This document shows positions 12,277 through 24,735 of a stretch of 64,000 nt of DNA, one piece after another. Numbering within the stretch: the stretch's first letter is position 1; every line of letters begins with the position of its first letter. A program made the translations under genes and the position numbers. Origin of the DNA: Mustelus asterias. Taxonomy: Eukaryota. The notes beneath the pieces are model-generated. The model ran no database searches. It saw only the letters and a program-made list of their open reading frames with translations, and was not told where the DNA came from. The DNA lies in NCBI RefSeq assembly GCF_964213995.1, contig NW_027590120.1:1860001-1924000 (forward strand), given 5' to 3'.

Positions 12277-13125
12277 TGATTGACAGATCCATGCTCACTG
12301 CTTCCTGCCCTGGACGCAGAGAGCTGAAAATTTCCATGCAGGCTGCCAGACAGATAAATGTCTACATTACTGGAGTAAAAATGTGTGGAATATACAGACC
12401 AAATTCACTTCATTCCCTACAGTTGCTGCAAGTCCCCAATTTCCCCCAGAATGAGAAAAGAAATGGAAAGGGGGAAACATTGATTTCCTCCCAGATGTTG
12501 TCCAGAGGAGGAAGTTTCACTCTGAACCTCATTGGACAACGTCCGCATTGTGACGGCACAATGGAGCCCTGCCTGAATCAGCCAATAGGAATCACTCTGC
12601 TCCGCGGTGATGTCTCCGGGTTCCAGTCCGCAGGCCCGGGCGCGCGGACCCAGGAGCCCCGCCCCCACCCATTGTTCCCCTCCCCCTGCACCTCCTCGAG
12701 CCAAGATTTCCAGGCAACCGGCTGACGGCTCCGGACAGAGCGAGAAGCCGCTCGGTGATCTCCCCCTCCCGCCGGCCCTGGACTGTAAATGTGCGGGGGA
12801 AGGGAAGCTGCGCATGTGCGGGGGAGAGAGGAAGCTGTGCATGTGCAGGGGAGAGCCCACCCTCTGATCTTCATGCTGAGGTGTTGACCAATGGGAAGAG
12901 TTGGAGGACCGGAAGGACTCTGGTCCTCCAGCCAATCAGAGCGTGGGCTTTGTGTGAATGAAGATTGATCTTCAGACAGACTCAAACCTCCTCCTGTCTC
13001 AAACATCGGAGTTTGTTTCTGTAGTGAAGTGGCTTCACGTTCGCCTGAAACGCAGAAGTCCCCGGGTCAGAACCGGGCAGAAACTTGGACTTGTTTCTCT
13101 GATACATCTGTGAGTAACACACTTT
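12277..13125. promoter_or_regulatory. Probable bidirectional ZNF promoter with a leftward 5' exon module and a rightward first exon ending in GTGAGT
   Basis: 12277-12610 is the reverse-complement paralog of 41010-41348; GC box, TGCGCATGTGCG, and GTCCTCCAGCCAATCAGAG shared with 10011-10030; donor GTGAGT at 13110. Confidence 0.6.
13015..13085 (+). pseudogene. tRNA-Val-derived sequence with altered loops
   Basis: GTTTCTGTAGTGAAGTGGCTTCACGTTCGCCTGAAACGCAGAAGTCCCCGGGTCAGAACCGGGCAGAAAC aligns end to end with vertebrate tRNA-Val; T-loop/B-box is broken. Confidence 0.8.
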
Positions 13126-13659
13126 CTTTTTCCACCACAGTTTGTTCACAGGTTTTTGGCTTCCTGCAGGGAGGAAGGGAAGGGGGAAGGAAGGTGGGAG
13201 GTGAACTGTTGCCTGCCTGCCTGCCGCCTGGCCTGCCTGCCTCTGGAGGGTGTGCTCTCCCCGGAGGGAGGGAGGAAGAGAGGACGAGGAGTGACTGGAG
13301 AGGAGAGGGGGGCAAAGTCATTTCAGACCGTCTAATTTTTCCATCTGCAGTGGGGGGTGGGGTGAAGATAACACAGACTTGAAATGTTTGCGCCCAACAG
13401 CGCCCCAAGGCCCAAGTCCCCCACCCACTGCTGCTGACCCCAACACCGGCACCCCCTCCCCTCCTGACTGGGGCACCGGCCCCCCTCCGTGCCTTGTCAC
13501 TAGTCTTCCTCCTGCTCCTCTGACCTCCTCTCTCACTCCAGGGAGAGAGCACCTAGACCCCCATCCACCTACCCCACCCTCCCTTACTTTTCCCTCCTCT
13601 TATACACCCTGCCGTACATCTGGGCAGTCTCAGGATGAGTGTAGCACTCCCTTGAAAGG

Positions 13660-14493
13660 ATGGCAACATCGCCAGCGTCGCCGGTGGCAGGGCCTTCTCG
13701 GCCCACCTATGCGGGCGTGGCGGCTGCCAGAGCCCCCGCCGCTCCCAAGGCCCTGCCGCCATTCTCCCTAATCACGCGGCAGCTCGGGGTGAAGTGCTAC
13801 GCCCACCCCGACATGTCTATCGAGGCCTGCGTTAAGGCAATGGCTGGGGTTGTCGGCCCCTCAGCCATTGTCGCGGCCTCAAAGATGTACGGCCGGGCCG
13901 TATTCTTTTTGAAGGCCGAGCGGGCGGTCCACCTCACCCTGGAGAGGGGGCTCACTGTGGGCGGGACGTTCCTGGCGGTGGACCCATTGGAGGCCACTGC
14001 CCATAATATCATAATATCAAACATCCCGCCCTTCCTACCGAGTGAGCTCCTCCTCCCCCACCTCCATCTACTGGGGGAGGTCAGGTCCGGGGTGCAGCCG
14101 ATCCCGCTCGGCCTTAGGGACCCCTCCCTGCACCACATATACTCCTTCCGGCGCCAGGTTTTTGTCCGCCTGGCCCGGGAGGAGGAACTGGAGGGAGGTT
14201 TCAGTATCCCCCATGAGGGGACCACGTATCGGGTCTTTTGGTCCGCGGACGGTGTGCGGTGCCATGCCTGTAAGGAGGCGGGGCACGTGCGGAAAAACTG
14301 CCCCGTCTCCAAGGCCGCCGACCGCCAACCCAAGGCAGCCGCAGCTGGCACCGCAGCCCCCTCTCCCCCCAAACCAGTACCATCTGCCCCCCCGCGAGGG
14401 GAGGCCACGCCGGCAGCAGCTGTCACCTCAGCTGCCGGCGGGGGGGGGGAGCGGAGCCTCCGCGTGGCCAAAAGGCCCAGAAGGGCGCAATAA
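13660..14493 (+). CDS. Tx1 ORF1 protein (RRM-like regions plus CCHC knuckle), probably cut short at a homopolymer frameshift
   Basis: VGPSAIVAASKMYGRAVFFL, IISNIPPFL, SFRRQVF and CHACKEAGHVRKNCP are Tx1 ORF1/ZCCHC3-like motifs. Confidence 0.85.
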   Translation: MATSPASPVAGPSRPTYAGVAAARAPAAPKALPPFSLITRQLGVKCYAHPDMSIEACVKAMAGVVGPSAIVAASKMYGRAVFFLKAERAVHLTLERGLTVGGTFLAVDPLEATAHNIIISNIPPFLPSELLLPHLHLLGEVRSGVQPIPLGLRDPSLHHIYSFRRQVFVRLAREEELEGGFSIPHEGTTYRVFWSADGVRCHACKEAGHVRKNCPVSKAADRQPKAAAAGTAAPSPPKPVPSAPPRGEATPAAAVTSAAGGGGERSLRVAKRPRRAQ

Positions 14494-15110
14494 AAAAAGA
14501 AGGGGGGTACCGGAATCCCGGCCCCCAAGAAAGACACCCCAACCACCCCGGCAGCCGGCTCGGGGACTGCCTCAGTCTCCACCTGCGCCCCCCCCCCCCC
14601 ACCACCATCTGCCGGGCCCGTGGGCTCTCCGGGGCCAAGTGCTGGGTCCGGCGCTGCGGATGCCCAGGATCATGGGCCCGAGCATGGGGGGGGTTAGCGA
14701 CCCCGAGCCGGCAAAACTGGCGACACCGCCACCTCGGGGGGACGTGATGGGGGGTCAGGGGGGGTGCGGCAAGGCGAAGAGGGGCCTCACTTGCCCGAGA
14801 GCAGGTTAACAAAAAGAGGCGGGGCCCCTCGGGCACCGTGGAGTTCGAGGTCTGCATGCCCCTCCCCCCTTGTGAGTCATCTCCTGCCGTGCCCCCACCT
14901 GTCTTTGTGCCTTGTCCCCAGAAAAAAGGGGGCAAGGCACCCTATAAATCGAAACGTGTGCTGCCTCAGTCCCCCGGCGAGGAGTCCCCGGGGCTGGGTG
15001 GCAGCGGGGCCCCCACGGCTCTGTTCCACCCGGTCGATTACAACCCGGACTTCTTCTTTAGTATGTCGGGGGACTGGGGCAACACCCCAATGTTCGTGTC
15101 CCTATCATCA

Positions 15111-17279
15111 GGTGGTCCACGGGAGGAGGCCAAGTGGGTGACGGCCAGGAAGTAAAGCTCGGGTGATTGAGAGCACCCCGGTGGATGTGCCCCTACACAA
15201 CAAGTACTCCTGCCTGAGTACTGTTGGGAGGGACAGCCCACCTGGGGGAAGCAGCAGTGGCCGGGCCTCCGGAGTGGAGTCCGGCCCTGTAACTCAGAGG
15301 GCTAAAGAGGGGAAGGCGGTATTAATCGGGGACTCGGCAGTCAGGGGGACGGACAGGCGATTTTGCGGAGGCAGGTGGGAGTCTCGCATGGTGGTCTGCC
15401 TCCCTGGGGCTGGGATTCAGGATGTCGCTGGGCGAGTCCCAGAAATCCTGAGGGGGGAGGGAGAGGAGCCGGAGGTAGCGGTACATATTGGTACCGCTGA
15501 TGTGGGAAGGAAGGGGGAAGGGGTCATGAAAAAAGAGTATAGGGAATTAGGGAGACAGCTGAGGAGGAGGAAAGCAAAGGTAGTAATCTCAGGATTGCTG
15601 CCTGTGCCATGGGAAGGCGAGGACAGGAATGGAATGAGGTGGAGGATGAATATGTGGCTGAGGGACTGGTGCAGGGGACAGGGATTCAGGTTCCTGGACC
15701 ATTGGGACCTCTTCAGGGGCAGGTGTGGGCTGCACACAAAAAATGGGTGGCACTTGAATCCCAGGGGGACCAATATCCTGGCAGGAAGGTTGGCTAAGGC
15801 TACTGGGGAGAGTTTAAACTCAATAGGTTGGGGGGAGGGGATCAGAGTGAGGAAGTTAGCTCACAAACAGAGAAGGGTTATAGGCAGTGCAAGAGGATGG
15901 ATGGACAGGGAATAGAGAAGGGGAGAGCTCAGACCAAAGGATTGAGATGTGTTTACTTCAATGCCAGGAGTATAGTGAATAAAGGGGATGAGCTCAGAGC
16001 GTGGATCGATGCCTGGAAGTATGATGTGGTGGCCATTACGGAGACTTGGATGTCTCAGGGACAGGACTGGATACTCCAGGTGCCGGGATTCAGATGTTTC
16101 AGGAAGGACAGGGAGGGAGGCAAGAGAGGGGGTGGAGTGGCACTGCTGATCAGGGATAGTGTCACAGCTTTAGATAAGGTGTATGCTGTGGAGGGATTGT
16201 CCACCGAGTCTCTGTGGGTGGAGGTACAGAGTGCAAAGGGGCCGGTCACTTTGCTGGGAGTTTTCTATAGGCCGCCTAATAGTAACAGGGAGGTGGAGGA
16301 GCAGATAGGGTAACAGATCCTGGAGAGATGCAGTAATAGCAGAGTTGTTGTGATGGGAGACTTTAATTTCCCAAACATAGATTGGAATATCCCGAGGGTA
16401 AGGGGATTGGATGGGGAAGAGTTCATTAGGTGTTCAGGAGGGTTTCCTGACACAGCATGTGGACAAGCCTACTAGAGGAGAGGCTGTACTTGATCTGATA
16501 CTGACCAATGAACCTGGACAGGTGTCAGATCTCTGTGGGAGAGCATCTTGGGGATAGCGATCATAACTCTATCTCCTTTAGGCTTGCATTAGAAAAAGAG
16601 GGGATCAGGCAAGCTAGGAAAGTGTTTATATGGAGTAAGGGGAAATATGAAGACATTAGACAGCAAATTAGAGGAGTAAATTGGAAGGAGGTATTCTCAG
16701 GGAAATGTACTGAAGAGAGGTGGCAGTTTTTCAAGGAATGTCTGTCTAGAGTTCTACAGAACAACGTTCCGAGCAGACAGGGAGGTGTTGGTCGGTTAAA
16801 GGAACCATGGTGCACGAAAGCTGTGCGGGACCTAGTCGAGAAGAAAAGGAAAGCGTACAAAAGACTCAGAGCTTGGCGAAGATAGGGATTTAGAAGAGTA
16901 TACGACTTGTAGGAAGGGACTAAAGAAGGAAATTAGGAGAGCCAGAAGGGGTCACGAGAAGGCCCTGGCAGGTAGGATTAAGGAGAACCCTAAGGCGTTC
17001 TATAAATATGTGAAGAGTAAAAGGATGAGACGTGATGGAATAGGGCCTATTAAAGGTGAAGGCGGGAAAATCTGTACAGAACCAGTAGAAATGGCAGAGG
17101 TGCTCAATGAGTATTTTGCCTCGGTTTTCAGAGAAGGACCTGGGTGGATGTACTGCGGGCTTGTGGTGGACTGAAAAGATTGAGTATGTGGGCTTTAAGA
17201 AAGAGGTTGTGCTGGAATCTTTGAATGGCATCAAGACAGATAAGTCGCTGGGTCCGGATGGGATGTACCCCAGGTTCCT
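15111..17279 (+). mobile_element. CR1 LINE copy a, first segment (ORF1 SGNH esterase, ORF2 APE endonuclease), defective
   Basis: LIGDS..VRG, CLPGA, HIGT esterase motifs; YFNARS, VAITETW, YRPP endonuclease motifs; breaks at GMYPRFL. Confidence 0.9.
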
Positions 17280-19345
17280 CGGCCTGGGGAGGTTTGTTGC
17301 TGGCTTTAAAAAGGGATTGCCTTGGAGGTTTCAGCCTCTGTTCCACAGAGAGAGCTGAGGGTAAGAGAGAGTGTTTTTTAGTGGAGATTTATTTATTTTT
17401 CAGTTAATTTTGTGCGTAAAATCTGAGGTTTTTTTTTTCAAAACCGGAAGTAGGCCTGGGGAGGTTTGTTGCTGGCTTTAAAAGGCAGGCAGCACTTACG
17501 AGCGGGCAGTGGAGCAAGTGAAGTAGAGTGGCAGCTGTCAGGGCTTTGGCTCACAGGGCTTGTGGGAAGCAGAGTGAGAGCTGTCAGGGCTTTGGCTCAG
17601 AGGGCTTAGGTGGTAAGGGTGAGGCAGGGCAAGTTATTTTTATCCAAACCTATATAGGAAAAGGGTAACTATGAATGATAGGCCAGTTCTGTGCTTCCAG
17701 TGTGGGATGTGGGAGTTCCTGGAAACACCTAGCCTCCCGGGAGGACCACATTTGCGCCAGGTGCGTGGAACTGCAGCTCCTGAGGGACCGTGTCACAGAA
17801 CTGGAGCTGCAGATTGCTGACCTTGGTCAAGTCAGGGAGAATGAGAATAATTGACACGAGTTATAGGAAACTAGTTACACCGGGGCATCGGGAGGAAGAC
17901 ACGTGGGTCACAGTTAGGAGGAGTAAAGGTCAGAAGGGTAATGTATCAGAGAGTACTCCAGTGGCTGTCTCTCATAATAGGAAGGGCTCGGCGACAGGTG
18001 TGAGAGGGGAGGGGAGGGGAGTGAGCAATTAGTGGAGGGGTCACCTGTGGTTGTCCCACTCCAAAACAAGTATATTGTTTTGGATAGTGTGGAGGAGGAT
18101 GACTCTCCAGGGGTAAGCCACAGTGACCAGGTCACTGGCACAGAGTCAGGCTCTGTGGCCCGGAAAGGAAAGAGAGGGGTTAGGAGACAAATAGTGGTGG
18201 GGGATGCGTCGGTTAGAGGCACGGACAGGCGATTCTGTGGGTGCAAACAGGACTCCAGGATGGTAGTCTGCCTACCTGGTGCTGGGGTACTGGATGTCTC
18301 CAAGCGGATAGGAGGCATCTTAAAAAGCGGAAGATAAAGAAACGGATGTCATTGTACACATTGGTGCAAATGACGTAGATAGGAAGAGCAGGGGGATCCT
18401 ACGAGAGCAATTCAGGGAGTTGGGAAATAGACTAAAAAGTAGGGCCTCCAGGGTGGCCATCTCTGGGCTGCTCCCAATGCCTCGTGCCAGTGAGGCTAAG
18501 AATAGGGAGTTAGTACAATTGAATGCTTGGCTAAAGGACTGGTCCAGGAGGGAGGGCTTCATTTTCCTAGTTCAATGGGAAGTTTTCAGGAGAGGATGGC
18601 ACCTGTACAAGGAGGACGGGTCACAACTAAGTTGGAAGGGCACGAATATCCTGGCTGGGAGTTTTGCTAGTGCAGTTCGGGGGGGTTTAAACTAGTATGG
18701 CAGGGGGGTGGGGATCAAAATATTAGGTCTACAAGTGTAGAGGCTGGAGACGAGATTGGGGCTGGGACAAGGCTGGCAAAGAAGAAGTGCACTCTGGGGG
18801 AGGATGACCTCACTGGGCCTGGAGGTCTGGAGTGCTTATACTTCAACGCAAGGAGCGTAGCAGGTAAGACAGACGAACTGAGGGCCTTAATGCTCACGAG
18901 GAATTTGGATGTGGTTGCAGTGACAGAGACTTGGTTGAAAGAGGGACAGGACTGGCAGCTGAACATTCCGGGGTACAAGTGTTTTAGGTGAGACAGAGGA
19001 GGGGCCAAAAGAGGTGGGGGAGTAGCAGTATTAGTTGGAGAGCATATTACAGCGGTGCAGAGGGAGGACAATTCAGAGGGGTTGTGTAACAAGTCACTCT
19101 GGGTGGAACTTAGAAACAGGAAGGGTGCAGTCACTGTGTTGGGAGTATACTACAGGCCCCCCAACAGCCCAAGGGAAGTGGAAGAACGGATATGTCAGGA
19201 GATACTGGATAGGTGCAGGAAAAATAGGGTGGTTGTAGTGGGAGACTTCAATTTCCCTGGTATAAACTGGAAATCGCTGAGAGCAGGGACTCTGAATGGG
19301 GAGGAATTTGTGAAATGCGTACAGGAGAGTTCTTTGGAACAATAT
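17280..19345 (+). mobile_element. CR1 LINE copy b, 5' portion (5'UTR, ORF1, start of ORF2)
   Basis: CFQCGMW zinc motif, esterase and endonuclease motifs; closely similar to copy c from about 17500 onward. Confidence 0.9.
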
Positions 19346-22300
19346 GGCAGGGGGGTGGGGATCGACCTCTTTGTTTGACTGGGGGAGAGAGTCTTAGCAG
19401 GAGTGCTGAGAGTAAGCAAAGAAGTGATTTAATTATTCATTTATGGGTATTCCTAGTATATTTTGCGTGCTTTTTTCAGGGTTTTGAATTGAGGAAGTGA
19501 GGTCAGCTGAAGGGGATTCTGGGAGGTTGAGTCTTAGTATAAAAGGCAGTTACCTGGGGGGTTCGCCGGGAGCATAAAAAGCCGGCTGCACTATACAGCG
19601 GGCAGCGTCGGGAGCGGGCAGTGGAGTGAGTGGGTAGCAGAGTGTGAACTATAAGGGTTTTGGCTCACAGGGCTTAGGCTGAAAGGGCGAGGCAAGGCTA
19701 GTTATTTTTTACCCAACCCTATAAAGGATAAGGGCAGGTATGAGTGATTGGCCAGTTCAGTGCTTCCGATGTGGGATGTGGGAGTTCCTGCAAACACCTA
19801 GCTTCCCAGAGGTTCACATATGTGCCAGGTGCGTGGAACTGCAGCTCTTGAGGGACCGTGTCATGGAACTGGAGCTGCAGATCGCTGACCTTAGTCTAGT
19901 CAGGGAAAATGGGAGAAAAATTGACAGGAGTTATAGGCAACTAGTTACACCGGGGCATCAGGAGAATGACACGTGGGTCACAGTTAGGAGGAGTAAAGGG
20001 CAGAAGGGTAAAGTACAAGGGAGGACTCCAGTGGTGGTCTCTCAAAATAGGAAGGGCTTGGTGACAGGTGTGAGAGGGGAGGGGAGTGAACAGTTAGAGG
20101 AGGGGTCACCTGTGGTTGTCCCACTCCAAAACAGGTATATTGTTTTAGATAGTGTGGAGGAGTGTGCCTCTCCAGGGGTAAGCCACAGTGACCAGGTCAC
20201 TGGCACACAGTCAGGCTCTGTGGCCCAGAAAGGGAAGAGAGGGGTTAGGAGAGCGATAGTGGTGGGGGATGCATCAGTTAGAGGCAGACAGGTGATTCTG
20301 TGGGGGCGAATGGGACTCCAGGATGGTAGTCTGCCTACCTGGTGCTGGGGTCACGGATGTCTCCGAGCGGATAGCAGGCATATTAAAAGGGGAAGATAAA
20401 GAAACGGATGTCATTATACACATTGGTGGAAATGACGTAGATAGGAAGAGTAGGGGGGTCCTAAGAGAGCAATTCAGGGAGTTGGGAAATAGGTTAAAAA
20501 GTAGGGTCACTAGGGTGGCAATCTCTGGGCTGCTCCCAATGCCTCGTGCCAGTGAGGCTAAGAATAGGGAGTTGGTACAAATGAATGCCTGGCTAAAGGA
20601 CTGGTCCAGGAGGGAGGGCTTCATTTTCCTAGATCAATGGGAGGTTTTCAGGAGAGGATGGCACCTGTACAAGAGGGAGGGGTCACAACTAAGTTGGAAG
20701 GGCACAAATATCCTGGCTGGGAGCTTTGCTAGTGCAGTTCGGGGGGGTTTAAACTAGTATGGCAGGGGGGTGGGGATCAAACTATTAGGTCTATAAGTGT
20801 GGAGGCTGGGGACGAGCTTGGGGCTGGGACAAGGCTGGCAAAGAAGAAGAGCACTCTGGGGGAGGACGACCTCACTGAGCCTGGAGGTCTGGAGTGCTTA
20901 TACTTCAATGCAAGGAGCGTAGCAGGTAAGACAGACGAACTTGGGGCCTTAATGCGCACGAGGAATTTGGATGTGGTTGCGGTGACAGAGACTTGGTTGA
21001 AAGAGGGACAGGACTGGCAGCTGAATATTCCAGGGTACAAGTGTTTTAGGTGAGACAGAGGAGGGGCCAAAAGAGGTGGGGGAGTAGCGGTATTAGTTGG
21101 AGAGCATATTACAGCGGTGCAGAGGGAGGACAATTCAGAGGGGTCGTGTAACGAGTCACTCTGGGTGGAGCTTAGAAACAGGAAAGGCGCAGTCACTATG
21201 TTGGGGGTGTACTACAGGCCCCCCAACAGCCCAAGGGAAGTGGAAGAATGGATATGTCAGGAGATACTGGATAGGTGCAGGAAAAATAGGGTTGTTGTAG
21301 TGGGAGACTTCAATTTCCCTGGTATGGACTGGAAATTGCTGAGGGCAGGTACTCTGGATGGGGAGGAATTTGTAAAATGTGTACTGGAGGGTTCGTTGGA
21401 ACAATATGTAGACAGCCCGACGAGAGAGGGGGCTATACTGGACCTGGTACTGGGGAATGAGCCCGGTCAGGTCTTCAAAGTTTTGGTAGGGGAACATGTG
21501 GCAAATAGTGACCACAATTCTGTTAGCTTTAGGATAGTGATGGAAAAGGATGAGTGGTGTCCCAAGGGTAAGGTGTTGGATTGGGGGAAGGCTAACTTTA
21601 GTGGGATTATGCAGAAATTGGCAGCTGTTGATTGGGAGAGGCTGTTTGAGGATAAATCCACATCTGGCATGTGGGAGTCTTTTAAGGAACAGTTGTTAGG
21701 GCCACAGGACAGGCATGTGCCTGTAAAAAAGGATTGGATTCGAGAACTGTGGATAACCAGGGAAATTGAGGGACTGGTCAAAAAGAAAAGAGGCGCATGT
21801 TAGGTCCAGGCAGCTAAAAACGGAGGGAGCTCTGGAGGAGTACAAAGAAAGTAGGAAAGAACTCAAACAGGGAATTAGAAGGGCAAAAAGGGGTCACGAA
21901 ATGTCCTTGGCAGACAGGATTAAGGAGAATCCAAAGGCATTTTATTCATACGTTAGGAACAAAAGGGTAGTCAGGGGAAAAAAAAAAATCAGACCTCAGG
22001 GACAAAAGTGGGGAATTATGCTTGGAGCCCAAAGTAGTAGGGGAGATCCTAAATGAATACTTTGCGTCGGTATTCACAATGGAGAGGGATGTGTTGACTG
22101 GGAGTGTCTCAGAGGGGAGTGTTGAACCGTTGGAGAAAATCTCCATTACAAGGGAGGAAGTGTTAGGTTTGTTAGAGAATATAAAGACTGACAAATCCCC
22201 AGGGCCTGATGGAATCTATCCAAGGCTGCTCAGGGAGACGAGAGATGAAATCGCTGGGCCTCTGACGCAAATCTTTGTCTCGTCACTGGGCACAGGCGAG

Positions 22301-23690
22301 GTCCCAGAGGATTGGAGGATAGCTAATGTGGTCCCGTTAGTTAACCCGGGTAATTATAGGCCGGTGAGCTTGACGTCCGTGGTGGGGAAGTTGTTGGAGA
22401 AGATTCTTAGAGATAGGATGTATGTGCATTTAGAAAGGAATAAACTCATTAACGATAGTCAGCATGGTTTTGAGAGGAGGTCATGCCTCACTAACCTGGT
22501 GGAGTTTTTTGAAGAAGTGACCAGAATGGTTGACGAGGGAAGGGCCGTGGATGCCATCTATATGGACTTTAATAAAGCATTTGACAAAGTCCCTCATGGT
22601 AGGTTGGTGAAAAAGGTTGGATCTCATGGGATAAAGGGGGAGGTGGCTAGATGGGTGGAGAACTGGCTTGGTCACAGAAGACAGAGGGTGGTAGTGGAAG
22701 GGTCTTTTTCCGGCTGGAGGCCTGTGACTAGTGGTGTTCCGCAGGGCTCTGTATTGGGACCTCTGCTGTTTGTGATTTATATAAACGATCTGGAAGAAGG
22801 TGTAACTAGGGTGATCAGTAAGTTTGTGGACGACACAAAATTGGCAGGACTTGCAGATAGTGAGGAGCATTGTCAGAGGCTACAGAAGGATATAGATAGG
22901 CTGGAAATTTGGGCAAAGAAATGGCAGATGGAGTTCAATCCTGATGAATGCGAAGTGATGCATTTTGGTAGAAATAATGTAAGGAGGAGCTATACGATAA
23001 ATGGCAGAACCATAAAGGGTGTAGATATGCAGAGGGACCTGGGTGTGCAAGTCCACAGATCCTTGAAGGTGACGTCACTGGTGGAGAAGGTGGTGAAGGA
23101 GGCATATGGCAAGTTGGGGTCTGATGTTGCAGATGTATAGAACGTTGGTTCGGCTGCATTTGGAATAATGTGTCCAGTTCTGGTCGCCACACTACCAGAA
23201 GGACATGGAGGCTTTGGAGAGAGCACAGAGGAGGTTTACCAGGATGTTGCTTGGTATGGAGGGGCTTAGTTCTGAGGAGAGATTGGGTAAACTGGGGTTG
23301 TTCTCCCTGGAAAGATGGAGGATGAGGGGAGACTTAATAGAGGTGTATAACATTATGAAAAAGGCATAGATAGGGTAAACGCTGGGAAGCTTTTCCCCAG
23401 GTCGGTGGTGACGTTCACGAGGGGTCATAGGTTCAAGGTGAAGGGGGGGGGGGCGGTTTAACACAGATATCAGAAGGACATATTTTACAGAGGGTGGTGG
23501 GGGCCTGGAATGCACTGCTAGGCAAGGTGGTGGAGGCAGACACACTGGTAACGTTTAAGACTTATCTAGATAGCCACATGAACGGAGTGGGAATGGAGGG
23601 ATACAAAAGAATGGTCTAGTTTGGACCAGGGAGCGGCACGGGCTTGGGGGGCCGAAGGGCCTGTTCTTGTGCTGTATTGTTCTTTGTTCT
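19346..23690 (+). mobile_element. CR1 LINE copy c, essentially full length with frameshifts and stops
   Basis: ORF1 19740-20757; ORF2 with NYRPVSLTS, QHGF, GVPQGSVLGP, KFVDD; 3' tail TGTATTGTTCTTTGTTCT. Confidence 0.92.
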
Positions 23691-23841
23691 GTGGGAGACG
23701 AGGGAAGAGATTGCAGAGCCTCTGGCGATGATCTTTGCGTCGTCGATGGAGACGGGAGAGGTGCCGGAGGATTGCAGATGTGGTTCCTATTTTCAAGGGG
23801 AATAGGGATAGCCCAGCTAATTACCGACCGGTGAGTCTAAC
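23691..23841 (+). mobile_element. CR1 copy a, continuation
   Basis: Resumes at WETREEIAEPL, directly continuing MYPRFL from 17279. Confidence 0.8.
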
Positions 23842-23892
23842 CTGGCTGTTCACTGGAAAACTCATTCGGTTGTGTGTGTGTCTGTGCTTTTC

Positions 23893-24586
23893 CGCGGGGC
23901 CGGCCATCCGGCGCGCGGCCAAAGCCGTCCCAGACCTTAGGACGGACGTGCTCGGCCCCGAAACTGCACGCAAACTCGAGGCGGCGCAGGCGTGCGGTGG
24001 GATCCCGCCCGAGCGTTGGCCGGCCTTGTTGCCGCCGGGTGGCGGAGGTCCCCGCTGGAGGTCCCTCTACGGAGGGATCTCCCCCAATTACGTCGGGGAC
24101 CTGGGGTGGAGGGTGATGCATGCAGCAGTTCCGCACAACCGTAGGATTCACTGGTTCACAGGCTCCGAAGACTGCCCTTTCTGTGGCCTTGTGGAGTCCG
24201 TGGACCATGTCTATGTTGTGTGTCTTAGGCTGCACTCCCTTTATGTTTTCCTGAAGAACCTTTTATTGATGTTCTGTTTGCACTTCAGTCCCACGCTCCT
24301 GATCTACGGACACCCGGTGCGGAGAGGGGAGGGTCAGGATGGCGACCTCCTCGTGAACCTGCTCCTGGGCCTGGCGAAACGCGCCATTTACCGGTCCAGG
24401 CAGCGGGCGATCGAGGGGGCCGTCCATCCTGACTGTCTGCCCCTCTACCGCGGCTACGTTCGCGGCCAGGTGTCCCTGGAGAGGAAGCATGCGGTGTCCA
24501 CGGGCAAGGTTGACACCTTCCACGTCCATTGGGCACCGCAGGGGTTGGGGTGCGTTATTGACCCTAATAATCACATTTTAATTTGA
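23893..24586 (+). pseudogene. Tx1 ORF2 C-terminal region (zf-RVT)
   Basis: WRSLY..GDLGWRVMH..CPFCGLVESVDHVYVVC..LLLGLAKRAIY. Confidence 0.85.
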
Positions 24587-24735
24587 TGTTTAAGTTTCCT
24601 TTGTACTTTGATTTCTGTTCGGGCTGTTCCCCTTCCTTCTGGGGAGCTGCCCCTTTTACTTTGTCCTGATTTAACCCGAGTTTGTTTATTTGGTTTGACC
24701 TAAAAAGAGGCCAACATCTGTGAGTAACACACTTT

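Larger units (their letters stand above)
13126..24713 (+). mobile_element. Tx1-clade LINE (element A), internally deleted and interrupted by CR1s, flanked by a 22-bp duplication
   Basis: 5'UTR plus ORF1 at left, ORF2 C-terminus plus 3'UTR at right; ACATCTGTGAGTAACACACTTT at 13104-13125 and 24714-24735. Confidence 0.8.

Noticed and set aside
13015-13085. Functional tRNA-Phe(GAA) or a mistranslating tRNA
   Set aside because: T-loop/B-box destroyed, anticodon stem mismatch and shortened variable loop; kept only as a tRNA-derived element.
13660-14493. Host gene ZCCHC3
   Set aside because: Lies within a Tx1 element with 5'UTR, ORF2 remnant and target duplication.
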